Source of the DNA: Octopus sinensis
Taxonomy: Eukaryota
Length of the DNA: 64,000 nt
Direction: 5' to 3'
NCBI RefSeq assembly: GCF_006345805.1
Contig: NC_043000.1
Location: forward strand, 144,088,001 to 144,152,000
The notes under the pieces are model-generated. The model was not told where the DNA came from. It saw nothing but the letters and a program-made list of their open reading frames with translations, and ran no database searches. This document shows, one piece after another, positions 12,770 through 24,779 of the stretch. Within the stretch, counting starts at the first letter, position 1. Every line of letters begins with the position of its first letter. The translations under genes were made by a program, and so were the position numbers.

Positions 12770-12771
<2 letters not shown>
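12579..12771 (-). mobile_element. Two very short LINE 3'-tail inserts (~57 bp at 12579-12635, ~97 bp at 12675-12771) splitting a (TTA)n array
   Basis: Unique segments are bounded on both sides by (TTA)n. On the minus strand each ends A-rich and runs into (TAA)n, like the 3' ends of the Dong copies. Confidence 0.5.
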
Positions 12772-12808
<37 letters not shown>

Positions 12809-12809
12809 G

Positions 12810-12844
<35 letters not shown>

Positions 12845-13399
12845 GTGGCCGTTAGTCTTTCAAGCAACGCTTGATCTCGGTCAGTGAATTTTATAAGAAA
12901 ACATCAAATAATAGTGTTTTTGCACACTTCAAGTTTATAACATCGTGGGCAAGAAGTCATTTACTACTTAGTGGTGAGTTTATTTTCCTATTTTGTCCCC
13001 CAGCTTTGGGGGACAGGTCAATTGCTTTTGTTTCTTTAATAAAATTTGAGTGCTTTTTCCCCACCAACATGGAGAAGACACAGGACACGGTGACGATCAT
13101 TTTTGAGAAAGGGGAGAAAATGAGGAGCGTCACCAAACACGGATGAGAGAGAGTGCATGCGTGCGAAGTGATTTCGGTCTGAAGAACAAAACAGACGATA
13201 GTCGTATTTCTCTCTCTCTCAAAAAAAAGAAAAGGACAGAGCGGGAGCCAATATTTTCAATGAGGATCACTCAAAAGCTCTTTTGAAAAGCAAAGGCTCT
13301 GTTTTTAATAATATTATTCGATGGGAAAACATTAACTTTGAAAATGTAAGCGGTGAAAACCCTTCAGCGAGTGAGGCAGCTGATGTGTTGACTTAAAAT

Positions 13400-14155
13400 A
13401 ACAACAGCAACAACAACAACAACAACAACACCAGCAGCACAATCAACAAAGGTGACAGCAGCAACAACAAAACAAACAACAGCAGCTACAAAAGCAACTA
13501 CAACGACACAATGAATGAGCTACAACGGCTTGGAACAGCTTTTCAAAGCTTTCCTACGCTGGAATAACTAAATCATCTATCCAGAAAATACAATTCTCAG
13601 AAAACGAACTGGAATATGTTAGACAGCTAGTCAAAAGAGATGGACAGGCTGTAAAGTTGAATACCCCACTTGAGACAATCCAAGCTACGATACATCGCAC
13701 AATGACGTACAATTGGGATAAAGTCAAGGAGGGTGAAAAGAGCCACAGAGGCTCAAATACAACAGTCTTTGAGTCCCGTCTGGAATCTAAAGAATTAAAT
13801 ACAGAGAGGAATGGTCTATGGAATGTTAAACGTTCGATTCCACACCGAGGAAGAAGCCAAACATCATTCTCTGAATCCCTTCAAAAGCGAAGTGCTGTTG
13901 CTAGTTCCCTACTACTGCGGTTAGAAACTGGCAAAAATTATAATCCAGCAGGTGCCGCCAGAAATAACCAATCTTTGGCTACTTGCGGCAGTGATAACAG
14001 ACATTGAGAAAAACTCAAAAGTTCTCGAAGCCTATCAGACCAAAAGGGAAAACTGGTCAGGTTTGACCGTAGAACTCCCCATTAAAGCTACACAAAATAA
14101 TGTGGATCTCATCCCAGACGAGGTCCATCTTCCTGGAAGCGGCGTCAGAGTTGAA
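13400..14155 (+). mobile_element. Decayed Tx1/L1-like ORF1 (gag-like) fragment with a CAA/CAG-encoded polyQ N-terminus
   Basis: The frame from 13402 reads polyQ...LSYAGITK into ORF 13657. The later block EVLLLVPYYCG*KLAKIIIQQVPPEITNLWLLAAVITDIEKNSKVLEAYQTKRENW aligns by eye with EVVLPVYLGRRASRVRVEDATPEVDVAWLVVAILLGIEEKVVVLQATRTPHRHW of the element at 45871-46176. Confidence 0.55.
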
Positions 14156-14173
14156 TAAAGAACACCAAACTGC

Positions 14174-14268
<95 letters not shown>

Positions 14269-14283
14269 CATTATTATTATTAT

Positions 14284-14838
14284 TGAGTGAGAGAGCAGTG
14301 CATGCCATCAAAGTGACACTGGGGTAAAATATACGAAGCCCAATATACCCATTATGACTACCCGTATGATAAGGGTACACCAGGCACATGCATCACAACC
14401 ATATGTGCGCGACATGGTGATCTCATATCAAGATAAACAGCACATGACCTTGCAGGTGGAGCCCAGTTAGAATTTTCTTCAGATCGAGTAACCCATCCCG
14501 CTCAAAAGGTCCCTGAATAAGGGTTGTTTAAGGATGTTGAAGGAACCACCCATGTTTCCAGAGGTGAACTATTCAAACCCCAAAGAATCCCTCTCAACAC
14601 ATGGCTATGATGCTCCCCCACTACTTCTGCTCGTGATCAGAGATGCACATAGCGTCAGCCACTAAGGGACATGCTCAACTGGTTAAGGTCAAACAACTGA
14701 CAAGCAAATCTGTGGTATTGAGCAGAATATTTGCTGTAGCACATCTTTTATACCAAGACAAAACAATGTACATGATAACACTTCCAATCAGTTAAGATCA
14801 GAAGCCATGAGAGCCACTGCCTGGTACTGCATCAGGGC
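14284..14838. mobile_element. ~555-bp non-coding interspersed element bracketed by (TTA)n arrays (long LINE 3' UTR or non-autonomous partner)
   Basis: Sharp boundaries with (TTA)n on both sides and no convincing ORF. I recall the sequence as an abundant octopus repeat (unverified). Confidence 0.5.
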
Positions 14839-14860
14839 ATTATTATTATTATTATTATTA

Positions 14861-14899
<39 letters not shown>

Positions 14900-14910
14900 C
14901 ATTATTATCA

Positions 14911-16975
14911 TTTTATTGTCTTTGCACAGCTTCTAAAGCTGGAGATTTACTAGGGTCTCAGCTGTTCACTACCATCCGGTGTATTGGAGCGGTTCCAAAC
15001 AGTGCTGTTTTCTGCAAGTGCTCCACACTTACTGCAGTCCCTAATTGCTTCGTGCACTTCTCAAAGCTTTGACTTACTGTTCCCAGGACCCCGACAGTTA
15101 TTGGTACTACCTCCGTTTTCATCGACCGAAGCTGCTTAACCTCCAAAACTAACCTGTCATATCTATCGCCTTTTCTTTCTTCCTCATTGCATACCTTGTT
15201 GTCAGCTGGGCGTGCTATGTCTATGATACAGCGTCCTTTACTTTCTTTCTCAATTAACACTATGTCCGGTTTCGTGGTCTCTATCTCAAGGTCGCACTTA
15301 ATCATAATATCCCATAAGATCTTTGCATTATCATTTTCGATGATGACTTCAGGTTTATGATCATAACAACTTCTTGCTCTCTTATGTTCATCCTTTTTGC
15401 AAATTGTCCAATGGACACTTGTAGCTATATTTTCTTAAAGTATATTGTATTCTTTCTGGGTATGGCCTAAATTGACTAGTAATATGCTATACGATTTCAT
15501 CATTTCGCCCGCAAATTCTGCTATTATCACTTTCAGATGTGTTGTTTATTCAGTCTTTTATGTAATTTGTTCTTCATACTTCCTCTTGGTCTGCATAGAT
15601 TAGAGCCTCCGTTTCCAGTTTTAAATCATATTTAGTCGTCCACAGCCTCAACATCTCTATGAAATTGCTCATGCATTCTTTTCTTTATCCACCTATTTTC
15701 AGTTTCATTCATTTTCAATTGCTTGTACAGTGCTTTATCTTTACAACCTTCCGTCCTGCACCAGCCTGATCTTCTTATTTCCAATAATAGCCGTTCTGTG
15801 GAATTTTTTACATACCATGCAATCTTGTTTTCCTCCCCTCTAATGGTGTGTTCGCATTCAATCATTCCTCTTCAACCACTTTTTCTTGGTACTTACAGTC
15901 TGTCTGTGTCATTTTGGGGTTAGAATATCTCATATCTAGTCAGTAACTTCCTTGTCTATCTATGTAAGCTCTTTAATTCATCTACTGTCTATGCGGCTAT
16001 CCCTGCTCTGTATCTAAGGAGTGAAACCGCCCAGGTTTTGATAGCTTCAATCTTATTCCGTCCGTTTAATTTCGACTTAAGCATCAATCTCAGTCTGCGC
16101 AAGTTCGTCTCCTTAAATTTTTCAGTCATTTCTTTCACCATCTATTTATCCATTTCCAATATCTCCAAGTATTTATAGCCCGTCTTTCTATTTTCTTCAT
16201 AACCTCCCCCGATGGTATCACTAACCCGTCCATACATTTGATTTTGCCTCTCTTCAAGTCTCACATACCACCCCTTTTCAGTCCGATCTCCATTCTGATA
16301 TCAGCACTGAAAGTATACACCGTGTCAACGAAAGAACTGACTTGGGATTCATCTTTACCTTAAATGTTTAGGTCATCTAGAAATAACAAGTGGTTGACTT
16401 TTTGTTGGCGGCTCTTGAATACATTCCCAGACACTGCCTTCCTCAGAATCAGTCTTAGTGGTATCACGCACTGTACAAAGATGGGTAAGGACAGGCAGTC
16501 CCACTGGAAGTTGCCTTTCCTCATTTCTATTGTTCCTAAACTTCTTCCATACGCTGTCAGTTCCGACCTCCACTTCGTCATACTTTTCCAAGCAATCGCT
16601 CAACATTCGATGCAATACCAAATAGGTTCATTCATTTCATAATCAATGAATGTGGGATCATATCTCACGCCTTACGATAATTGATCCATCACATAGCTAA
16701 TTTAGTGTTCCTCTTCTGGCAGTCTCTATGTACAGTTTTGTGTGTACCAGGAGTTGATTCTTGATACCTTGGTACTTATACTTGCAACCCTTCTGCTCAT
16801 GTGGTAGAACTTCATTTTTCTCTCTGTACATTGACTCTGCGCCTACTCTAGTCAATAATTTCCACAAAATTGGCAAGGAGGATATCGGCTTGTAATTGTC
16901 TATCGCGTTGCCGTTTTCCATGTTTTTGCAGCACAGCACTGTACTACTCATTGTCATCCACCCTGGTGGCGTTTT
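14911..16975 (-). mobile_element. R4/Dong-clade LINE, 5'-truncated, frameshifted
   Basis: NYKPISSLP...EQKG; GNFQWDCLSLPIF; HLLFLDDL; RLE TTKPDIVLIEKESKGRCIIDIARPAD...PITVGVLG. The 3' end runs into (TAA)n. Confidence 0.88.
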
Positions 16976-19195
16976 GTTTCATCATACCTAAAGCACCTAC
17001 TATATTGGAATTGTTTCTGTTTTTAGGCTCCATATCCAAGTACCTCTATTTCCAGATCATTTTTAGAAAAAGATTGTCATCTTTTGTTATTGATACATCT
17101 ATTAGAAAGCCTTTCTTTTTTCTTGGTGAACTCTGACAACTATATCCTGCATATAGGCCTTATTTCCTCCCTATGCTTAATAGCACATCCCACAGTATGG
17201 TTGCATTCTCATTTTCTGTGACATTATCTGACGTGTAATTATACCATCTTTTTTCTATTGTTACTCCATAGTTTTGGCATAGCTTCCAGTGTATATAGGT
17301 CCTAACCCTGTCATGTCTGTGAATATATGCCTTCATAGCTAAGACTGGGCTGCCAGAGATAATACAATTAATTGCTTCGTCTCCATGAACACATGTTCGG
17401 CACTTAAATGTATTTCTCTTCTTTACGTGTGTTTGCTGATTACTGGTGGGATGCGTTTGATTTTGTGTAGCATTTAAAAATGCTTCAGTCTCTGCCCTGA
17501 GTCCTGAGTTTCTCAGCTATTGTTAGGATTTTTGTTTTCTGTTTATCTCGACCTAATAATTGCCATTAAGGGGTTTCTCTTACCATCGATATTTCATACA
17601 TTGCTGCTGCAGGTTTAGTTTGGATTTCAGCAGTTTTACAATTTTTGTTGTTCCTTAGTTTCCTTCATGTTTGTTAGGTAGTATGACATATTCTTGTATC
17701 ATTCAGCTTCCTTTTTTTTCCTTAAGAAAAACATTTTTTTTTTGTTTTGTTCGTGTTTTGTGGTTCTTTGTATCAGTGTTCCTTGCTTCTGAAGTAGATA
17801 TTTCTGTAGTTCTATGGTGATTATATTATAATAAAGCATTAATTAATCTCTGAACGAGATATAAACAGTAACCGCTCGACAACGTAAGGTGTATTAGCCA
17901 TCTGAATGTGGCTAGCCACTGGGGGTGGGGTGTTACTGATGCTTTTAGCCCCAGGCGATCAACGTCACCAGATGGACTTTAGACACAAAATTTCAGTGCC
18001 CTTGTGTTATTTGCAAAGGGAGGTCATCCTCCCTCGAAAACCTAAGTGATACATACGGACTATAGTTTCAAGGTAATTGCCTCTCGTCAACGCTTGGTAA
18101 ACACCGGTTTTCGATGAAGGAGACCCTCTGCAAATAATATTTAATGTTTTTCACAGCAACCACAGTCACTGGAGAGGCAATTACCTTGAAACTATAGTCC
18201 GTATATATCACTTAGGTTTTCGAGGGAGGATGACCTCCCTTTGCAAATAACACAAGGGCACTGAAATTTTGTGTCTAAAGTCCATCTGGTGACGTTGATC
18301 GCCTGGGGCTAAAAGCATCAGTAACACCCCACCCCCAGTGGCTAGCCACATTCAGATGGCTAGTACACCTTACGTTATATTATAATAGTTTTCTTGCTAA
18401 ATAAATAGCCTTTCTATGTGACATTTTGTTTGGTGCATCCTAAATCCTGTTGTTATTTTTCTTGTTTTCTTGTCTATTGTCATTAGTTCATTTGGAGTTC
18501 AGTTAATAATATTGCAGATGTAACATATAACTGAGACGTCTAGAATGTTGGTACATATTATCTTGTTTTCGCATTGCACTCCATTTTCTCTATTAATCTA
18601 ACTAGTGTCTAGTTTTATTTCTTAATTTATTCTTCCTTTGCATGTGTTGTATCTTATCTAGTTCATTAAGTCCTAAGTATCTGTACGGCTAGCTTTAGTT
18701 TAATTCTTTTAGTTGATTTCCTTAACTAGTGCGATGTTGTTACTCTTAAATAAGTTTCCTCTTTTCAAGTTTGCTTTGGCACACTTTTCGTAACCCAATT
18801 TGATGTAGTAATGTTTCCAGCTGCATACAGTAGCATACAGGTTTAGATCATCCATATGCAAGAGATGTTTGACTGTTTTGCCGTAACAGTTGTATCCACA
18901 TCCAGTTCTGATTGGCATGTCACATAAAGGTTTCAGAGGCAAGCAGAAGAGGAGGGGAGAGAGCATGTATCCTTGGAATATTCCTCTTCTAATTGGGATG
19001 GTTTGGGTTTTTATGAGGCTCTAATTTATCTGGTGCTGTAACACTGTCTGTCATTCATGAATGGTATATTTTATATATTTTAGGATTATTGGTGCCAACT
19101 TGTTTATGGCTAGTGTTTCTAGGATCCATATGTGGTGAATACTGTCAAAAGCCTTTCGATAATCGATCCAAGCAATAACAGACCCTTCTTCGGTC
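16976..19195 (-). mobile_element. Older R4/Dong-clade LINE interrupted by the inverted-repeat insertion at 17834-18374
   Basis: LSPLLFCL...HLLHMDDLNLY...GYEKCAKA at 18709-18966. RLE remnants (ATILWD, IVGALGMMK) at ~16975-17250. The RT C-terminal region continues across the 13-bp TSD. Confidence 0.75.
17834..18374. mobile_element. Young insertion with 205-bp inverted arms (17881-18085 / 18172-18376), an 86-bp spacer and a 13-bp TSD
   Basis: The arms differ at only 2 positions (17894, 18052). TTATATTATAATA is repeated at 17821-17833 and 18375-18387. Confidence 0.9.
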
Positions 19196-19224
19196 AGTGG
19201 ATGTCTTCAGTTATTATTATTGCT

Positions 19225-20590
19225 ATTGTTATTTTTTTATTTTTTCTCATTCTGAAAGTATCTCGGATAGTTCTTCATTGCCGGTTATTCTTTACTTGAA
19301 AACACGTTGTAAGATATCACCAAATGTTTCAAGCAGCGCATTCTCCTGTGACTCAAAGGGACAATCCTTAGAATGCGAGCTGTACCCAACAATCTCGTGC
19401 CTGACAGCAGCTTTAATATTCTTCATATGATTTTCAAAGCTCTTCCAAAATGCTCTTAATGCTCCAATTACCACCTGCATCACCATTACTTTCTTCATGT
19501 CCTATAACGTTCTTATCTCGTCCTGCAGTAGCTGGTATTTGTCACTTTTTCTGTTTCCATATGTTTCACCCTCGAATCGCCTGGTTTTGCAACATGTATT
19601 ATCTTTGCTTCTTTTTCATCATTTTGGATGATCAAGGTATTTGACCGTCTCGCCTCTATGACTTGGTCACACTGTATGTTAATTTCCCAGAATATTTTGT
19701 AATGTTAGTTTTCTATTATTCCATTTGGCTTGTGTTCAGACCATTGTTCGGCTCTCTCGAGGTTTGCTTTACCACACAACTGCCAGTGGACATATCTGGC
19801 TACATTGTCGTGTCTCCTTTTGCATTCGCGTTGTGCGAGCTTACAGCACTCACTAACAATATGGCTTATACTTTTTCCCTTCTTAGGATACATCCTACAC
19901 TGGTGAGTCAGTGCTTTTATCAATGTGATATTCGGAGTAGTTTGTTTTGAGAGCTTGTTTTAAAGCGCTGCACACTAATGCCTCAGAGGGCTCTTTTAAG
20001 TCTCTTATCTGTAGCTGTTGGCAGGGACTATTCCAATAAATCTCGTCTTTATGCTTCAAAAACTGACTGCGCATTTTCTTGTCCTGCCAAATTTCCTTCA
20101 TCTGCTCACTCTGTTCTTTCTGAAATAGAGTTGGATCAACGACTTCGCTCACTTTTAAGGTTCTCTGCATTTTCACTGCTTCAGTCATTTCTTCTTTACT
20201 CCCCTTGAAATACCAAGACAAGCTATTATCTTGCCTTAAACAATCTTCACAACACACTAATCCCCGTCCTCCTTATTTCCTTTTTACAAATATTCTTTTC
20301 ACATCACTCATTTTTGGGTGTAGTTCCTTGTTCATTGCCATTGATTTATGCGTTCTCCGGTCTGTCTCTTGTAATTCATGCTTCTTCCAAGATACTATTC
20401 CTACCCCATATCTCATCAAAGCAACAACCCACGTGTAAATTGCACTAACCTTATAGTGGCTATTTAAATCCGATTGGAGCATAAACGAGTTCTCCTGAAA
20501 TACTCTTTCCTGTAAATTTCTTTCATCTTTTGTTCATTCACCTTATCTCTTTCAATGATACCCAGGTACTTATATTCATCACATTTTCCG
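19225..20590 (-). mobile_element. R4/Dong-clade LINE 3' portion (RT C-terminus, CCHC, RLE)
   Basis: EYKYLGIIE, YFRR, AIYTWVVALMRYGVG, CRMYPKKGKSISHIVSECCKLAQRECKRRHDNVARYVHWQLC, VQVVIGAL. Confidence 0.88.
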
Positions 20591-22470
20591 GTGCATGTTA
20601 GCACCAAGCACCTCGTATCCCGGCATAGTAGCCAGCGTTTTAGGCTACTTTGTCGTGTCTTCATTTGTACTCTTTCTGCGCAAGTACTTCACAAGAAGTA
20701 AGACGCTTTGAGCCACGCTGTGACCCTCTTCCCACACATCCGGCAGAAGCTCGTTGCACTTGTGTGATATATATCTGCTGTCACTGATTTGGTACCCAAT
20801 GCCAGAGCCTGGGCAGCGATAAGTAAGCTTTCAGTATTCTCAGCCATCTCCATGATGCTTCCGGGTGTTTTAAGTTGCTTGTTTCACGGTGGAATTGAAC
20901 GTGTAACTTCATGCGAAGTAGGTTTTCTTCTCCCTTCTTGGCTATTCGTGATCGGAATTCAGGAGCACTCTCAAGTCCATTTTTGGTAAATACTTGTGCA
21001 TTAAATATTCTGCCATGTTTTTTCGTTCACTATGGATGCTCTCCCGTACGCTAATCAGCCAACGTCCACGTTTACACTACTTCATGTAGAGCCTATTTTC
21101 ATTCGTGTTAGAGTGGAGGGCACACCATACATTGTCATTGTTTTTCGAGTAGTGCGATCGATTTGGTTAATTTGCGCTTGTGTCCATTTCAGGATGAGTG
21201 CACTATAGTTGACTACAGCACCAGCACATATGTTGATGACACTCAGAAGGTTCCTTGAGTTGAGTTTTTATTTCAAGATAAGTTTGAGGCGCTCGAAATA
21301 TGCAGTGATGCACGTGTCTTTCATTTCTCCGTACAATATACTGTCCACCTCAAGGATTCCGACGTACTTGTATTCATCATCATCCGGATTTTCAATTCTC
21401 TCTCCTTTTGGCATTTCTTTGCCCCTAAAATCTTTTCTTTTCCTCCGCTTCAAAGTGATCACCACACACTTCTAGATACCGAATTCCCCCCTATATCTTT
21501 GCTGCCAATCTGCACAGTCTCAACCGGCCTCATGATTTCAGGCACTGTTTTTGCAAACAGTTTTAAATCACCCCCGGAGAAAAGATGATTGAGGCAAATT
21601 CCACTATTTCTCAGCTCATAGAGCGCGTTGACTTTGCGAAAGTGGGATCAAGGCAATAAGAAATAAGAAAGGTGAATAAAAGTCTCCCTGGAAGATACCC
21701 GTTTTAATTGTTTGCTCGGCTAAATGCTGGTTGTTCCAGAAAAGTCTTGTTTTCCAACTGGGTATACTGTTCTTAATCAGTGCACACACTTTCTCAGCTA
21801 TTTCATACCTGTCGAGTGTTTCCCAAATCCATGAATTCACCAACATGTCGTAAGCATTTTGAAGTCTATCCACGCCATGCATATGTTTTTGCTTGAAGTT
21901 TAGTGTTATTCGTTTCAACTTTGTCTATCACAATGTGGTTCTTGGTGCCATTGGATCATTTCCGGTATTCCTTTTCTTCTACTGAATGTAGACTGCTTTT
22001 CCTGAAGAAACGTATATATTTTCCAAAAGAGTATGCCTGTTAACACTTTCCAGATGAGGTTAAGACAAGTAATGTGTCGGTAATTTCCAATCTCATTGGC
22101 CTTTGACCAATCATTCATCAACAATGTTTTCTTTCCCTCTAGAATCCACTCCTGAACTGCACCGCTCACAGCTTTATTTGTTGGATATGATCGAACGTTT
22201 CAGCAGCCCACAGCTAGAAAACTAATTGACACTTGTTTACTGGTTGTGCTTCAAGAACGCCACAAAGAATTCATGCAGTTCCAAGCAATGCTGGTTTTTC
22301 TAGGTGCTCTACCTTCACATTAGTATCAATCTTTTTGAGCCATGTTAGTAGTTGAATACTGATTCTGCGCCAGTTACTGTTGGCATTTCGTGTACTGTTG
22401 GCATCTCATGGAACTCGAACTTGGTTTTTTTCATTTTGAAATCGTCATAGTTCTTTAATTTTTTCTTCTT
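20591..22470 (-). mobile_element. R4/Dong-clade LINE RT region, cut off near the RHD motif
   Basis: NYRHITCLNLIWKVLTGIL, GIFQGDFYSPFLFLIALIPL, YKYVGILEVD, TESLLIAAQ, FCRMCGK. Confidence 0.85.
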
Positions 22471-22484
22471 TCTGTTTGATACTG

Positions 22485-23298
22485 TTGAGGCGCTCGAAAT
22501 ATGCAGTGATGCACTTGTCTTTCATTTCTCCGTACAATATACTGTCCAGCTCAAAGATTCCGACGTACTTGTACCCATCATCATCCGGGTCTTCCATTCT
22601 CTCTCCCTTTGGCATTTCTTTGCCCCTAAAATCTTTTCTTTTTCCTCCGCTTCAAAGTGAGCACCACACACTTCTAGATACCGAATTCCACCCCTATATC
22701 TTTGCTGAAAATCTGCAGTCTCAACCGTCATTCTTTATTATTCAACACAACAATATTTGATATGTCTGGTCAGGTGATTGCACTGAATCTTTGCATCCCA
22801 CTAGATTTTGCAGTACTCATTGTTCATGATTCCTTCTGGGGTTTTCTCACGCCATCTCTTTGCTTTGTGTAGGGCGTGATTTCCACAGAGTTTGCAATGA
22901 ATCGTTCTTTTCACATTGTCATGGCGTCGTTTGTAGTCGCGTTGTGCCAATTTCGGACATTCAATAAATATATACTTTATATATATTTTTCGCCCTTTTC
23001 TTCACACATTCTGCATTTGCCGCTGTCGGTAATGTTTATTCTGCACTTCACTAAGCAGGCCCTTAACGGTTGTCCTTGAGCTGCGCATATATGTGCTGTT
23101 GTCGCTATCTTCAGCTCACTCTTCCTCCACCCACAACCACCTGTCTTGGCGTTCGTATCTCTTGCAAATTGTTCGTAGTTTTTTTTGTTCTACGCTGTTT
23201 TCTACTTTATTGTGTGCTCTTATCCTCTTTTCTTTCTTTGCACAATTTTCAGTTTTGCTGACGCCGGCTTTATTCGTATGATTCAGTAATGACTCCAC
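22485..23298 (-). mobile_element. Composite Dong-type piece: CCHC/RLE fragment (22728-23298) fused to a 243-bp RT segment (22485-22727) that duplicates 21284-21526
   Basis: RYERQDRWLWV, ECPKLAQRDYKRRHDNV...WDAKIQ. The duplicated segment is directly visible. The 5' end abuts (TTA)n at 23299. Confidence 0.78.
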
Positions 23299-23300
23299 TA

Positions 23301-23336
<36 letters not shown>

Positions 23337-23406
23337 TATTATTATTATTATATTATTATTACTATTATTATTATCATCATCATCATCATTATCATTATCA
23401 TTATTA

Positions 23407-23456
<50 letters not shown>

Positions 23457-24779
23457 TAGAGAAAATGATATAAAGCTATGTATTTACATCAATGTTGCAA
23501 TCCCATTGAACCAAAATTCGACCCGAACGTATTGGAAAGAAATATTAAAGTACAAAAGAGAAATAAAAAAATAAACACCGAAATATGAACGTGTTGGAGT
23601 ACTACAGAAACAATACTTATAATAACTGATGCACTGTGCAGGATAAACAAAACCATTAATAAAAACAATAACCTTATTTGTTCACCAGCCTTGGCAATAC
23701 TGACGGAAATTAATAACATCTTACACATAAACAGAAAATGGCGCAGGAGAGAAGTTTATGAATATGAAGAACGACTATTTTTAGAACAAACAATTATCAA
23801 TGACAGCAAGAAAAAAAAGTAAAGAATATAAAAAAAACATAACTATGGAATAAAATGATTACCGAAAAGCATTTCTGGATATTGAAAGCATTGTATATCA
23901 AGAAAAGCAGCCCCGATTCTAATTCATCATATCAAGCAGACTATATCTAAGCGGGGGAAAAATCAATAACCCTGCAAGACGTGAAAAAATACCATCATAT
24001 TTCCATAAGAACAGGAATTTTCTAGGAAAATTCGTTATACTTATTAGTTGTCTGTTTTGCTGTAAAGTCATTTGGAAGTTTCGGATATCAAACCATTTAT
24101 GGTTTCGTATACATTGGACGCAGTTTATGCTGTAATATCTATTTTGTGAATATATAACTATACACGAGAGACAGGTAATTTTGTGAATCAACTATGCATG
24201 AATAGCAGTCTTATAACAACATGAGGACAGAATGTTAAGATGCGCCGAAACTACCTTAAAAAGTGACAAATTAATTTAAACAGAAAAGATTAATGGAGAT
24301 TCAGACAGCGAAATCAACGAATTACAATAGAAACATCCGAACAGAATTCAGATGGAACTGAATATATATAACACGTAAGTTAATATTTCAAAAATATGTC
24401 AGAAAGAAAATTGTAGATCGCAATAGCTTTGCCCTCACAGTTATATCGACATATTCACTTTGCAAAATTGGAAGTGAATCGTAGATCGTAGAAACGAGAA
24501 ACAGGAAGCCAGATACGCATTCTAAATCTGATTTTTTGTATCTGAGGCTTATATAGCTTGACCATGCAAACACGCTAACTTTGTAGAAGCGCCTAATAAA
24601 AATAGGGAACTATCAGCAAATTGGCTCAGTCATAAAACAGTAAACAATAATTAGAAGCAAGTAAATCTAGATTAAAATTATATACTTTGAGTAACAAAAA
24701 AGCTTAGTACATTAAATGCTTGTACAGAATCTCAGGAAAATATTAAGAAGCGCATCACAATTACTAGACGACTGCAGTC

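Noticed and set aside
17881-18085. HDV-like or twister ribozyme in the palindrome arm (GGCTAA J4/2-like motif, tagcca/tggcta hairpin)
   Set aside because: I could not assemble P1, P2, P3 and P1.1 consistently on either strand, and CTGATGC is not a hammerhead core.
23730-24600. Possible integrase or transposase remnant
   Set aside because: Too many stops and no convincing motif in any frame.
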